From the NCBI GenBank assembly GCA_030141605.1, contig JAQGDQ010000460.1, positions 1-64,000 on the forward strand: a stretch of DNA of 64,000 nucleotides. Direction: 5' to 3'. Positions 28,201-40,200 of the stretch are shown piece by piece (position 1 is the stretch's first letter; each line of letters begins with the position of its first letter). Source of the stretch: Tubiluchus corallicola. Its lineage: Eukaryota > Animalia > Priapulida. Made by a program: the position numbers and the translations under genes. The notes beneath the pieces were generated by a model. It did no database searches. It was not told the origin of the DNA and saw only the letters and a list, made by a program, of their open reading frames with translations.

Positions 28201-31200
28201 CATTTGCGATTGATGATGATCGGGAAAAGGTCAAAGGTTAAGTGTACCAGACAATGCATTTGTGTGCACTTAACAATGCCTCGCAGCCCATGCTATTGTA
28301 ATAGTAACAGTTTTAACAGCTACCTAGAACCTTACCTAGTGCTAGTAAATCACTCTAAGCACAGACTAATGCATAATTAGGTAAAGGCCATGTAACTGAA
28401 CTGACGCAGCAGATGGCTATGCTTTGCCCACACGTCACGTAAGACACGTTACTGTGGTACACTTAACCTTTGGCCGACAGTAACTGTGCGTGTCACAACG
28501 GAACTGTGAAACGGTTTATTATTACCATTTTTCTCATTCAATTCTAGTTCTTAATTGTTACATGCATATCGCCATTCGCTACACAGATAGGCAATAAATA
28601 GCGCCTACAGGTGCTGTAGCTCCCAGTTCAGACGTGTTCAGTTGTGACATAGTACACATGTGCAAGAGTTCATGCGTGAGCACAGCTGTAAACTTGGAAT
28701 ATAAATTTAAACTTAAAATTTGCCGAGTTTTTGTATATCACACTGAATGTTATACAGTAGTGATGTACTTCAATTTCTGCTTTAGCAAACATGTGCAACA
28801 CGCTCGTGGAATGTTTGTGCTGCTGAAAATTATGTTGGTTTGTGACGTCTTCAATAGTTGAGCTCGCCTGCCATTAACTGGGTTTTTAACCAATTTTTTA
28901 ATTATCAAAAATGCTTTGGCACTGTTATAGGTGTTAAAATGTATACTTTTTACTGTACGTCAGAGTGGGGTACAATATAAAAGATCGTCCAGTTTCCTAT
29001 AAGATAAGATGCTGAACTTGCATGAAGTGCTATATATGGCAGCGTGGTCAACCAAGAGGGCAGTGCGGTCAAACTATGAAAGAAATGATGCAATGCTCAT
29101 TTGTTGGGGTTTTCTGTAGGCTCTAGCAGTTTTTTGCGCTGTTGATTAAACGTGTTTGTTCCATATTTCTTTTACACAGCGAAGTCACAGTTAATTTAGT
29201 TTCACGGCAAGCATGTTCAGGGATGATAATAAGCAAAAACCACTCATATCATTACCCTCACTAGCAAAGGCCCCGCAAAAAATTTTGCGTATAAATACAT
29301 TCATATTCAACAGTGCGCGAACATCCTACATAGTCCTCATTTATAATACAAAGCCAGTAGCAGCTTTTACTGAATTAAAGTTATAAGGTTATAAGCAGAG
29401 TATAATGGTGACGTCAGAACAAAGGCTTTGCGTCAGCAGTTTTCCAAGTGAGAATTGCCGAAAATGGAACCTGGTCCAGCACCACCCCTGGTCCATTCCC
29501 GTTCTCCAGAAATAAGGTATAAGTTTTGCAAAAAACGTCTGAAAAATGGCAATTTTTTGAGGTTTTTCGCCCCCCCCCCATTCCTCCCAGTGAGCCCAAT
29601 TCGAAAAATAAACCCCCAATGGCACGACCCTAGATCGAGACCTTTCGTTTGATGTATAGATCACAGCAAATGGTACCGTTGTCCGAGCTGTAGCCTCGAA
29701 TCTCATATATATATATGTATATATAACATACCAGTGAAATTAATGTATTAAGCTCATGTTAAAGATGCTGTTTTAACAATGAGACATTCTTACAGAGCAC
29801 TTTTTCCTAAAAAAATATTGATTCTATCATTGTTCTTATAATTGCTAACAAAATGCATCTGGACAATTTGTGGATCATTGTGCAACGAAATAGCAACTAG
29901 GTAAGGCAACATGTTGGGAAATAAAAATTCGGATGCATGTTACATGTCAATGCATTAGCGGTAGAAGGATGTTCGTAGTTCATACTAAGATGTCAGAAGA
30001 GTTCAATGATTTTACATTCACTGATGTATGTTCACAGATTAAAGCTCGCATTTATTATTGTAATACATCAATACATTTTGATCAATACAATATACAGTAC
30101 GTATTGGTGTCAATTGATGCATCTGCTCCTTCTAAGTAGCAGCTTATTTTTAACAAGGTTAAAGTGACATTTCAGCCCTGAAATTTTATGCATTAGTAAT
30201 TAGCACTAAATTAAAAAATAAACAATAAAAAATAGGAACCTGTCCTCCAGAGATTCCAAAAATATATAGAAAATAAAAAAATTGCGTTAAAGGTTGTGCC
30301 CGGTTTTTCTAGTGCTAATTTTTCTCTTTTGCATACAACTTGTCACACATTTAATGTACTCATTAACCTCTCTTCCAGGAGTTACATAAAGAATATGAAC
30401 AGAAGGCTGTCGACGTAAAGAAACTACAAGCAGAGTGTCTGACGATGTTAGAGAAGTATCAGTGGAAACTTACCGACTTCCACAGCAAAACAAAGAAGTA
30501 ACTCACTCTCTCTTTCTCTTGCTCTCTGTCTATTTCTTTTTCAATGTTTCTGATTTATTCACTCACACAGCTCGTCTTTCTCACTCATTCACTCACTCTC
30601 TCTTTCTCTTCCTCACTGTCTCTCTCTCACTGTTTCTGATTTTCTCGCTCGTTCATTCATTCTCTCTCTTTCACTTCCTCGCTGTCTCTCTCTTTTTGAC
30701 TGTTTCTGATTTATTCACTCACACAGCCCGTTTTTCTCACTCGTTCACTCACTCTGTCTTTCTCTTCCTCGCTGTCTCTCACTGTTTCTGATTTTCTCGC
30801 TCATTCACTCATTCTCTCTTTCACTTCCTCGCTGTCTCTCTCTTTTTCACTGTTTCTGATTTTCTCGCTCATTCATATTCATTCTCTCTTTCTCTTCCAT
30901 ACTATCTCTCTCTTTTTCACTGTTTCTGATTTATTCACTCACACATCTCGTCTTTCTCGCTCGTTCATTCACTCTCTCTTTCTCTTCCTCGCTGTCTCTC
31001 TCTTTTTCACTGTTTCTCATTTATTCTGATTTATAACATGCTTGTAACCTTACTTCAGCAATATACAAAGTATTCATGTACAATGGCACTATATTATTTT
31101 CTAATAAAAACACAAGATTAATATCAGACAGTATTTTTGTTAGCCCTAGATACCACGATAAATTATATTGTTTAGACAAAATATAAGTTTCCTAATGCAG

Positions 31201-34200
31201 TCTATTATCTGGTAGTGAAACTAAATGTAGCCAATACTTAATGACTCTTATTTTAATTGATAGGTTGATGGGATATTTATTCAATTCCCAATAAAACCTG
31301 TTTATTGCCTGACAGCTGGTTATCACTTGTGCAAATTTAGTTTAAAATGCCACCAATGTTGGTGCGAGTGTATTTTTTTAGTAACTTGAACACGTTTCGT
31401 TTGTTTGTTTACTGTTTATTTGTTATTGTTTATTTGTTTTGCAGTGTGGCAGATGATTCTGATACGCAAATAAAGACACTCAATAAAGAAATCGCCAATC
31501 GCAAGGTTCAGATACGTGATATTGATGAAACGCTTCCGAAGAAAAATGGGTGAGTTTTGCTTTCCTTGTTTTATTGGTAATTAAAGTGATTGCATAGTTA
31601 AAATCATGTCAAATGTTTCGGCAGGCTGCTGCTGTCATCATCACTGGTAAATTTACAAAAACATACCACCAGTTTATATATAAGCAGAGCCTATTATGCA
31701 CTAATTAAGTAGCTAACAGAAGCCAAATAACTGGGACTTGCTAATAACAAATAGTTTATCTACGTACCCTAATAAGCCTTATCTTAATGTGCAAAGCAGT
31801 TCAATTCCTTTAACTTTATTTTCAAACACTTAGCTATTCGTTACTATATCAATTTCTTTACTTCAGGTCTGTTTATTCATTACCTATTTGGCTTTTGTAA
31901 ATATATAATCAATGCATAAGTTGCGGAATCAGTTTCTTTACTGGTCTGTTTATTCATAATCTATTTGGCTTCTGATTGCATAGTCTTTTGCAATGACATT
32001 CTAAACATGAGATACAGTCTTACAGCCACATGAGATACTGTCTTGCAGCCACATGAGATACAGTCTTACAGCCACATGAGATACTGTCTTGCAGCCACAT
32101 GAGATACAGTCTTACAGCCACATGAGATACTGTCTTAAAGCCACATGAGATACAGTCTTACGGCCACATGAGATACAGTCTTGCAGCCACATGAGATACA
32201 GTCTTTCAGCCACATGAGATGCAGTCTTTCAGCCACATGAGATGCAGTTTTTCAGCCACATGAGATACAGTCTTTCAGCCACATGAGATGCTGTCTTACA
32301 GCCACATGAGATACAGTCTTTCAGCCACGTGAGAGACACTTATGGCCACATGAGATACAGTCTTTCAGCCATGTGAGATGCAGTCTTACGGCCACATGAG
32401 ATGCAGTCTTTCAGCCACGTGAGATGCAGTCTTACGGCCACATGAGATGCAGTCTTTCAGCCACGTGAGATGCAGTCTTACAGCCACATGAGATACTGTC
32501 TTACTGCCAATGTGTTCAATGAAAAATTTGTAAAGCTCTGTTGATTTACCGTTACTGTTCATGATTTGTTCGCTACAGAACACAGTATGTTATTTAATCT
32601 GGAAAAAACCAAATGTGTATAGTTTAGAACAAACATGCTTTACTTAAATATTAATGAAACAAGTCTGATAGTGTAAATCATTTGGGCCACATTGTCACTT
32701 ATGATTTAGATCAGTTACCAGACATTAAGCGCAGTAAACAGGACTTTGTTACTTCTGTAAGCTCATTACTATGCTTCTTAAGACATGTTATCTATAAGCA
32801 GGTACTACTGAAACTAATTTCGTGTTTCTACGGTCGTACTACAGTGCATCAATATTTGATTTAAGTGATCTTAACATAAATCTGTTATCTGTTGAATTCA
32901 GAAAACATTACAACGAATCTTGGAAATACTAAGAAGTGCACATCGCAGCCTGACGATACGTTTTGCCAATGCGAAGCCACTTGTGAGCTTCTTTGATAAC
33001 CGAACGCTAAAGCTGTTAAAATGCATTGATATGTCAGATAATTCTGTTTTAAACACACACGTCGATTTTAAACAATCACGCTAGTATTACTACACTCAGG
33101 AAAAACTGAATGCTTATGTACAGCAGCCCATATTATAAAATACGCCGGTTTTCGCCCTATGATTACGTTGCCCATGAGCTATTTTGGTCAACATTAAACG
33201 AAATAGAAATTCCCGGCTTCATTCTCAGTGAAATTAAAAATATATTACTAACATTGCTGACTGATTAATTATTTATATACAGGGTGTCTGTAAAGTCTCT
33301 TTACAATTTTAAAAATTTATTACAAAGGCAGTTGACAAGATATCTTAACAGATTTGTTTTGTTTCATTCAGTGTTTATTTAAGTTTCAGATCACATTGAA
33401 ATTTTGCATTTTATGTTGGTCTCCTGTTGGTATTGTTAACTGTTGGTATTCTCCAGAAGGGTATTATTAACTGAAACCTCAAAAATGGGTACCCCTCAAG
33501 AGAAGGCACGGGTGTGTATCATGGTTTATTGAGACAAAATCGTATGTGCAGACTCAGCGAAACTACAGAACTAAGTATGGAAGAGATCCATAGGGTTATG
33601 TGAAAGACATCGTGTATCGAACAAAGATACGGGACATTACTGACTTGAAGGATTTCTGATGCCATCGCCACCATTGATGAGGCTACGCTACAGCGAACAT
33701 GGCAATAAATCAAGTGCCGTCTTGATGTGCTTCGCGCAACTAATGGTGCCCATATAGAGGTGTATTAAATGAGTTAAAAAAACTTTGACAACCACTGATT
33801 ACATTAGAACAAATCTAGTTAACAATTCTTGTCAACTGCCTTTATAATAAATTTTTAAAACTGTAAAGAGACTTTATAGACACCCTGTATATTAACCCAT
33901 TGTATTGTATTATCAATCGTAATATTATTCTATTATTTGTATTTGAGTGCATATATGCGACAATATGCAAATAAAGATAGTACATATATTAATTTTGTTG
34001 TGTTTGATATCTGCCTTTTTCGTAAAATTTCTATTCACTTGTTTAGCAGTAGTAATTGACCGTATTCATTATTTTATTATTTTCAGATTGTACTTGAACA
34101 TTATACTCGGAAATGTAAACGTTTCACTGCTCAGTAAAAGCGACAGGTAGGATAGCTAGATTATGCTGTTGCACTTACAATTCCGTATACTGGGAGTTCC

Positions 34201-37200
34201 AAAAGAAACGCTGCACTAGAAATATGGCAGATATGATATAACAAACATGGGCTTCCGCATTCTGGGATCATAATTACACAATGTAACATCATATGTGCGC
34301 TTGCAAACCAAAACCGTCCACAAGTCGGCATACTTAAAACTACGTTTTGATGCTTCAAAGTAGAATGCACTAAAAATTTAGTCAAATGTCAATTTTGTTT
34401 TTTATAAAAACAAATGCTAAATGTGTTGGACTTTTCTATTCTAGCATTAAATTATCAAGCAAATGTTCAAAATATACCAAAAATCTAATTTCGTAACCCT
34501 AATTTCATTGAGACCAAATTGTAAAAAACTCGCATTTTCCAACTCCAATAGTAGCTTGTGGAGGGCAGTCATTTTGTTTCCGGTTTTTTCTGTTTCCAAG
34601 CCCAGGTCTTCATCAGGGAGAGCCATCTATTGAATTTAAACTTCAGTGTCTTCTTGCAAAGTCTGTAGCAACCAATATTCGTGCGGTTGCTAAGTGTTTT
34701 GTGGAAGCTCCACAAAAAGAAAGGCTGACTTTAACAGAGATTTTCTCAAGGTTAGGTTTCTCAGTGTATAGCCTGCACCTCAACTTCAACATGGACTATC
34801 TGAGCTTAGAAATAACATAGAGTGATGAGCTTGGTATCAAAATGATCTTCATGAAATGAAGATTCAGAATATGTGAATAACTAGGAAACCTCAATTGCCA
34901 ATTTATGGACGATTTTGCTATGCAAGCACACACATATTTTTATTGGCCACACTAATAGTATATTGTTATACTATATATATTACTTGCAGTAGCTATTAGT
35001 GCTCTATTTCATTTGGAACACTGCATACATCATTAAGATTTTCTCAACATTTCTACAGCTGTTAACATTTAAAACATTTTGTGTTTCCCAGAGATACTTT
35101 CCAATTCTAATTTTAATTGTCATTAGTTCATCTAAGACCAGTTCGTGGTTGTGATTAGTCAGTTTATTTCACATCAGCAAAAGAAAATGATGTCGGATGA
35201 TTTTTTTTATTTGTCTCGGCCCTTCAGTTTGTCTGCACAGAAATAACATCACTACGTATTCAACTTGAAATACCAAAGCCATTTGCTTTTGGCAAATAGG
35301 AATGAATTAGTTTAAATTTGTTACAAATTTGCAAAGAATTTGTGAAAAGGGACGACAGTTGCATAAATTTTACTAATAAACTATTGTGGAATTGGCACTT
35401 GGTGTTATAATGTAGCATTACAAGGTTCTATGGTTTCATCTATTTTACATAAACATTGTCAAATGAAATATCGAAAACTTGATTACTGCAAACACTACAA
35501 TGTGAGAAATCTTTAGAGCAAATTTGGTACAGAACTTGATTACTGCAAACACTACAATGTGAGAAATCTTTAGAGCAAATTTGGTACAGAACTTGTTTAC
35601 TGCAAACACTACAATGTGGGAAATCTTTAGAGCAAATTTGGTACTGTTAAGCAATTTCTATATTTTCTTAGACTTTTCCCTTTTGAAACTTCAGTTTGAA
35701 ATAGTAGTAAATATTTTCAGTAGCTTTTGATATGTGCTAGTTACAAAATTAACCTTGAATATGTTTGAAATGAAGTTTGATTTGAAAGCATTTGTATTCA
35801 TCTATTGTAAATAATTTTCACCACCAGGGGTGGACATTTTTAATTCTAATAACTCCAGATAACTCTGTACTTGTGTTTTACGTTTAAGTACAAAGATGAA
35901 TATGAGCGATTCAAATTGATTTTGACCTCCAGAGAACTCTGTACTTGTGTTTTAGGTTTAAGTACAAAGATGAATACGAGCGATTCAAATTGATTTTGAC
36001 CTCCAGATAACTTTGTACTTGTGTTTTAGGTTTAAGTACAAAGATGAATATGAGCGATTCAAATTGATTTTGACCGTCTGCTGTTTGACCCTGTCTGTCA
36101 CTGCTCTGGTATTCCATTACCGGTAACTGCCATTTTTCACTTCTTTGCCGCGCAGTGTCTAAACGCGAAGCTGTTTTGCATTATATCCATCCCTTAATAA
36201 CAATGTGTGTTAGTTTTTGGATAAATCTCTACTGTAGGCCATGCTTACTTTGGTTTATCTACTAAATGAACTATTTGATCCATTTTTGCAAAAAATTATT
36301 GCACGCTAAATATACTAAGATTATTTTACCATATGAGTAAGAATAATAAGAATAAGAATTGTTTTATTTCGCACACATGGACAGTAACTTTACTACATCA
36401 TCATACTACAAAAGAATGCAAAATTCGACTATACGGTTATGTTCTTGTTGCCCTAATTGTAGTACTAAATTATATAATATATTGTTGTTATACAGTTATT
36501 TGAAATTATTATGATGTTATGAAACCAAAACCGTCCATAAGTCGGCATAGTTGAGACTACGTTATGATGCTTCAAAGTAGGGTGACTCAAATGTTAACTT
36601 TTTGTTTTTTTATAAAAACAAATGCTAAATATATTTGACTTTTATATTCTAGCATCAAATTATCAAGAAAATGTTCAAGAAGCACTGAAAATTAATTTTA
36701 TAACCCCGTATGCACTTTTCTGTTTAGAAGCTAGTACTACAATTGTAAAAAACTTTATATTTTCAAACTCCGTTCGTAGCTCCTGAATGCAGCCATTTTG
36801 CTTTCGGTTTTTTCTGCTGCCAAGCCCAGATCTTTGTCAGGGAGGGCCATCTACTGGATTTTAACATAACTTCAATGTGTTCTTGTAAAGTCCATAGCAA
36901 CCAACGTTTGTACGGTTGCTAAGTGTTTTGTAGAAAGGCGACAAAAAACAATGGCTGACTTTAACAGTGATTTTCTCAAGGATATGTTTTTCAGTGCACA
37001 GCCTGCACCTCAACTTCAACGTGATTATCTTGGGTGAGAAATAACATAGAGCAATGAACTTGGTGCCAAAATGATCCTCATGAAATGGAGATTCGTGATG
37101 TGCGAATGACTAGAAAAGCTTAATTGCAGACTTATGGACGATTTTGCTATATAAGCAAACATATAAGAAGCTATAATTACGACATAATGACATAAAGATT

Positions 37201-40200
37201 TGTATGTTTTATAGTTTTATAGACGCTCTTCTGCATTACCTATTGGTTTGGTACTACAGTACATTGTCTGTTCGTGAAAGCATACTCAGAGTAAATGGTT
37301 CACGTATCAAAGGCTGGTGGTTGGCTCATCATTATATATCTCTCGTTCTTAGCGGAATTGTCATAACTTGGTACGCAGATTTTGAATCGTCTAAACTTAG
37401 TTATTTAAACATGGCATAACTTCTGTGGCATTGCTAGTAGGGAGTGAGGGGACCAATCACTCCCTGAGCACATTTTACAAAATGGGCGTCTTTTCAACAA
37501 TTTTTTAACTCAACATAATAGCAGTTATGTACTTCCTTTAAACCTGTGTCTTCCCCGTGTTTTGATTTTAAACAGAAAATTAAAATGTATAATCAACGCA
37601 ATTGTTTGGCATGTGTCACAGTGCCATTTTTAATGTACTTGCTCCCCTTAGTTTTAGAACCTGGCTATGCCCCTGCATAACCTTACCATCTATCTTCCTG
37701 CCACAAGACTTTGCTTCTTTATCCTATTGCAGTACCATTTTCTTTAACAGTAACGAATGTGTGTGAGACATTATGTTACTACATTATGTATTAGACATTA
37801 TGAAACTCGATTATGAGACATTTCCGTGTGATGTAACAATTTTGACAGAGACGTATCACCATCTTACGACGCCCTATGCTGATAGTTCAGTCCCGCCCAT
37901 CTTTACTGCGAATTCATGGTTGTTTGTGTAATGAGCAGATTAAAAAATTACTTGTGGTGTATTAGAAACACTAATAATCTAGTTTCTACGTAGTCATTAT
38001 AATTACATGTATTTGCATGGGACTTATATTTAAGCAGGTTGCGCAACTGCTTGTTGTGTAATACTTTGCACCTGTTTGTTGTGTGGCATTTATATAGAAC
38101 AGCACAGCAATTGCCTGTGGTGTGTTATAAAATGCGCACTTTACATGAATATGAAAGTATACCCATTTTCCGAGGAGAATAAGAGTTTTTTCTAAAATGT
38201 AACGCCTCTCAAACTTGGGTGCCCTAGGCTATAGGCTAGTTACCCCATTGGTTAATGATAATGGCCCTGAATATTGGTAGTTTGTTGCGACATAAAAAGT
38301 TGATCAGTAATATGTTATAGACAGTTCTTAATTAAGTTTAATCTCCATGCGATTTTATTGTTTTTCTTCTTAGTAAACATGTTTGTTTATTTTCAGGCCG
38401 GACGGTGTTGTTTATCGAGAATTTCGAAACCAGTTTATGTGGTTCGCCATGTATTTAAGTACGTAGCTCATTGATTTACTGAGAGTACATTTTGTGCCAG
38501 CTAACTTAATGGCTAGATTTAGAATGCTAAATCCAGTTAATTCATAACCGTGAGCGCAGAAGTGCTTTAACTTGAAGTTATTAGGTTATATGAGCGACTG
38601 TAAAAACACCCGAATTCATTTTAGCAAATTTGAAAGCATTCCTTGACCCTGTTGTTACTGTATTTAACCATATGCTGTACTCTCGTGTTTGGTCTGATTG
38701 GATATTTCTTATTATTTATTATTTATTTTACGTTTATTTCACTACGTAAAAAGTGCCAGAGAATGATAAACAAAGCATAGTTAAAAATCACAATTAAAAA
38801 TGTTGCCATAAGACAAGTAAAATAAGTATTTCACAAAGAACAGAGAATTACTAAGCTAAAGTATGTAAAAAAGGGTTGCTAAATGTATATTCCCAATGGG
38901 CAAAAATATTCGAAGTTAAAATGACATCAGTATTAAGAATAATACTGCGTATGACTTCATTGCTTGAATTTAAAACTCGCTGGCGAAGACTAAAAGTATT
39001 TTTGCGTAAAATGACTTTGAAATGATTACAGTACATTTTCGGCACGTATTCTCGATGATGCGGTGCCCCTACGGTAAGCAAAAAACTTCGTCAATGCAAA
39101 ATGCTGGGGCACTTTTAATTTTCTAGTAGTACTAACATTATAAGTGATCCAAAGGTTCGAACTGTAAGAAATCGAACAATAGGGTATGCAGTTCACAGGC
39201 TTATTCTTAGCTTACCTTCTGTTTATGCATGCTATTCATTCACAGGGCAGTAAGAAACTCATCACTAAGACGAACTCGTTTTGAAAATAGAATAATTCTG
39301 AACTGTTTTTTTCCGCGTATGTTTTTCCTTACGAGATTAGTTTTTCCGTTTGAGCTCACGTAATGCCACATATTCTTAGTTTTTCCTCGCTTTAAGGTTT
39401 AAACGCTTGGTAACGTATGTTGTCGAAACCAAAATTATGTTTGACTAGGTGACTGATACACTGATTTACCTAACTAATAAAAAATGCCACGTGTAAAAAA
39501 ATCTCCTATAGTAGGCCAGAGACACTTCTACGATTTATAATTGATGAATCTTTTTACATTTAACTTTAGCGAAGAAACATTTCCTTGCAAGGGGGGATGG
39601 GCGTTGCCTTCTGGTATCCAAAATAAGCGCCGGTTCCACCAGGTGATCTGATGCCCTGCAAGACAAATGCAGGAAGGCGAAAACGAAACGCCTCTGACAC
39701 ACTAATTAATCAAAAAACTCCAAACGATTTGTTTACACTTATAAAAGTGTAAATAATCACAAAAAATTTTTCTTTTGACAAAATTTTAACTAGAAACATG
39801 TTCCCCCCCCCCGTTTCTGCTTTTCGCAAGTACCTCTTGTCTTGTTATGCCAACTGGTAAAGTGGCTCCACCAAAAAGAAGTACAATTGTTCTACGGTCA
39901 AACGGGAATTACCTTAGTGTGCCTTACGTTCCTCGCGAATCCAATATGAACAATCGATTTGCGACACTGTACTTCTTGAACTGATCTGCTACATGTTACA
40001 CGCTAACACTTTCCTCAGCAACCATGTCTAGGGTTGCCAGATTTCCTCAGCAACCATGTCTAGGGTTGCCCGATTTCCTCAGCAACCATGTTTAGGGTTG
40101 CCCGATTTCCTCAGCAACCATGTCTAGGGTTTCCAGATTTCGTCAGCAACCGTGTCTAGGGTTGCCAGATTTCCTCAGCAACCATGTCTAGGGTTGCCAG

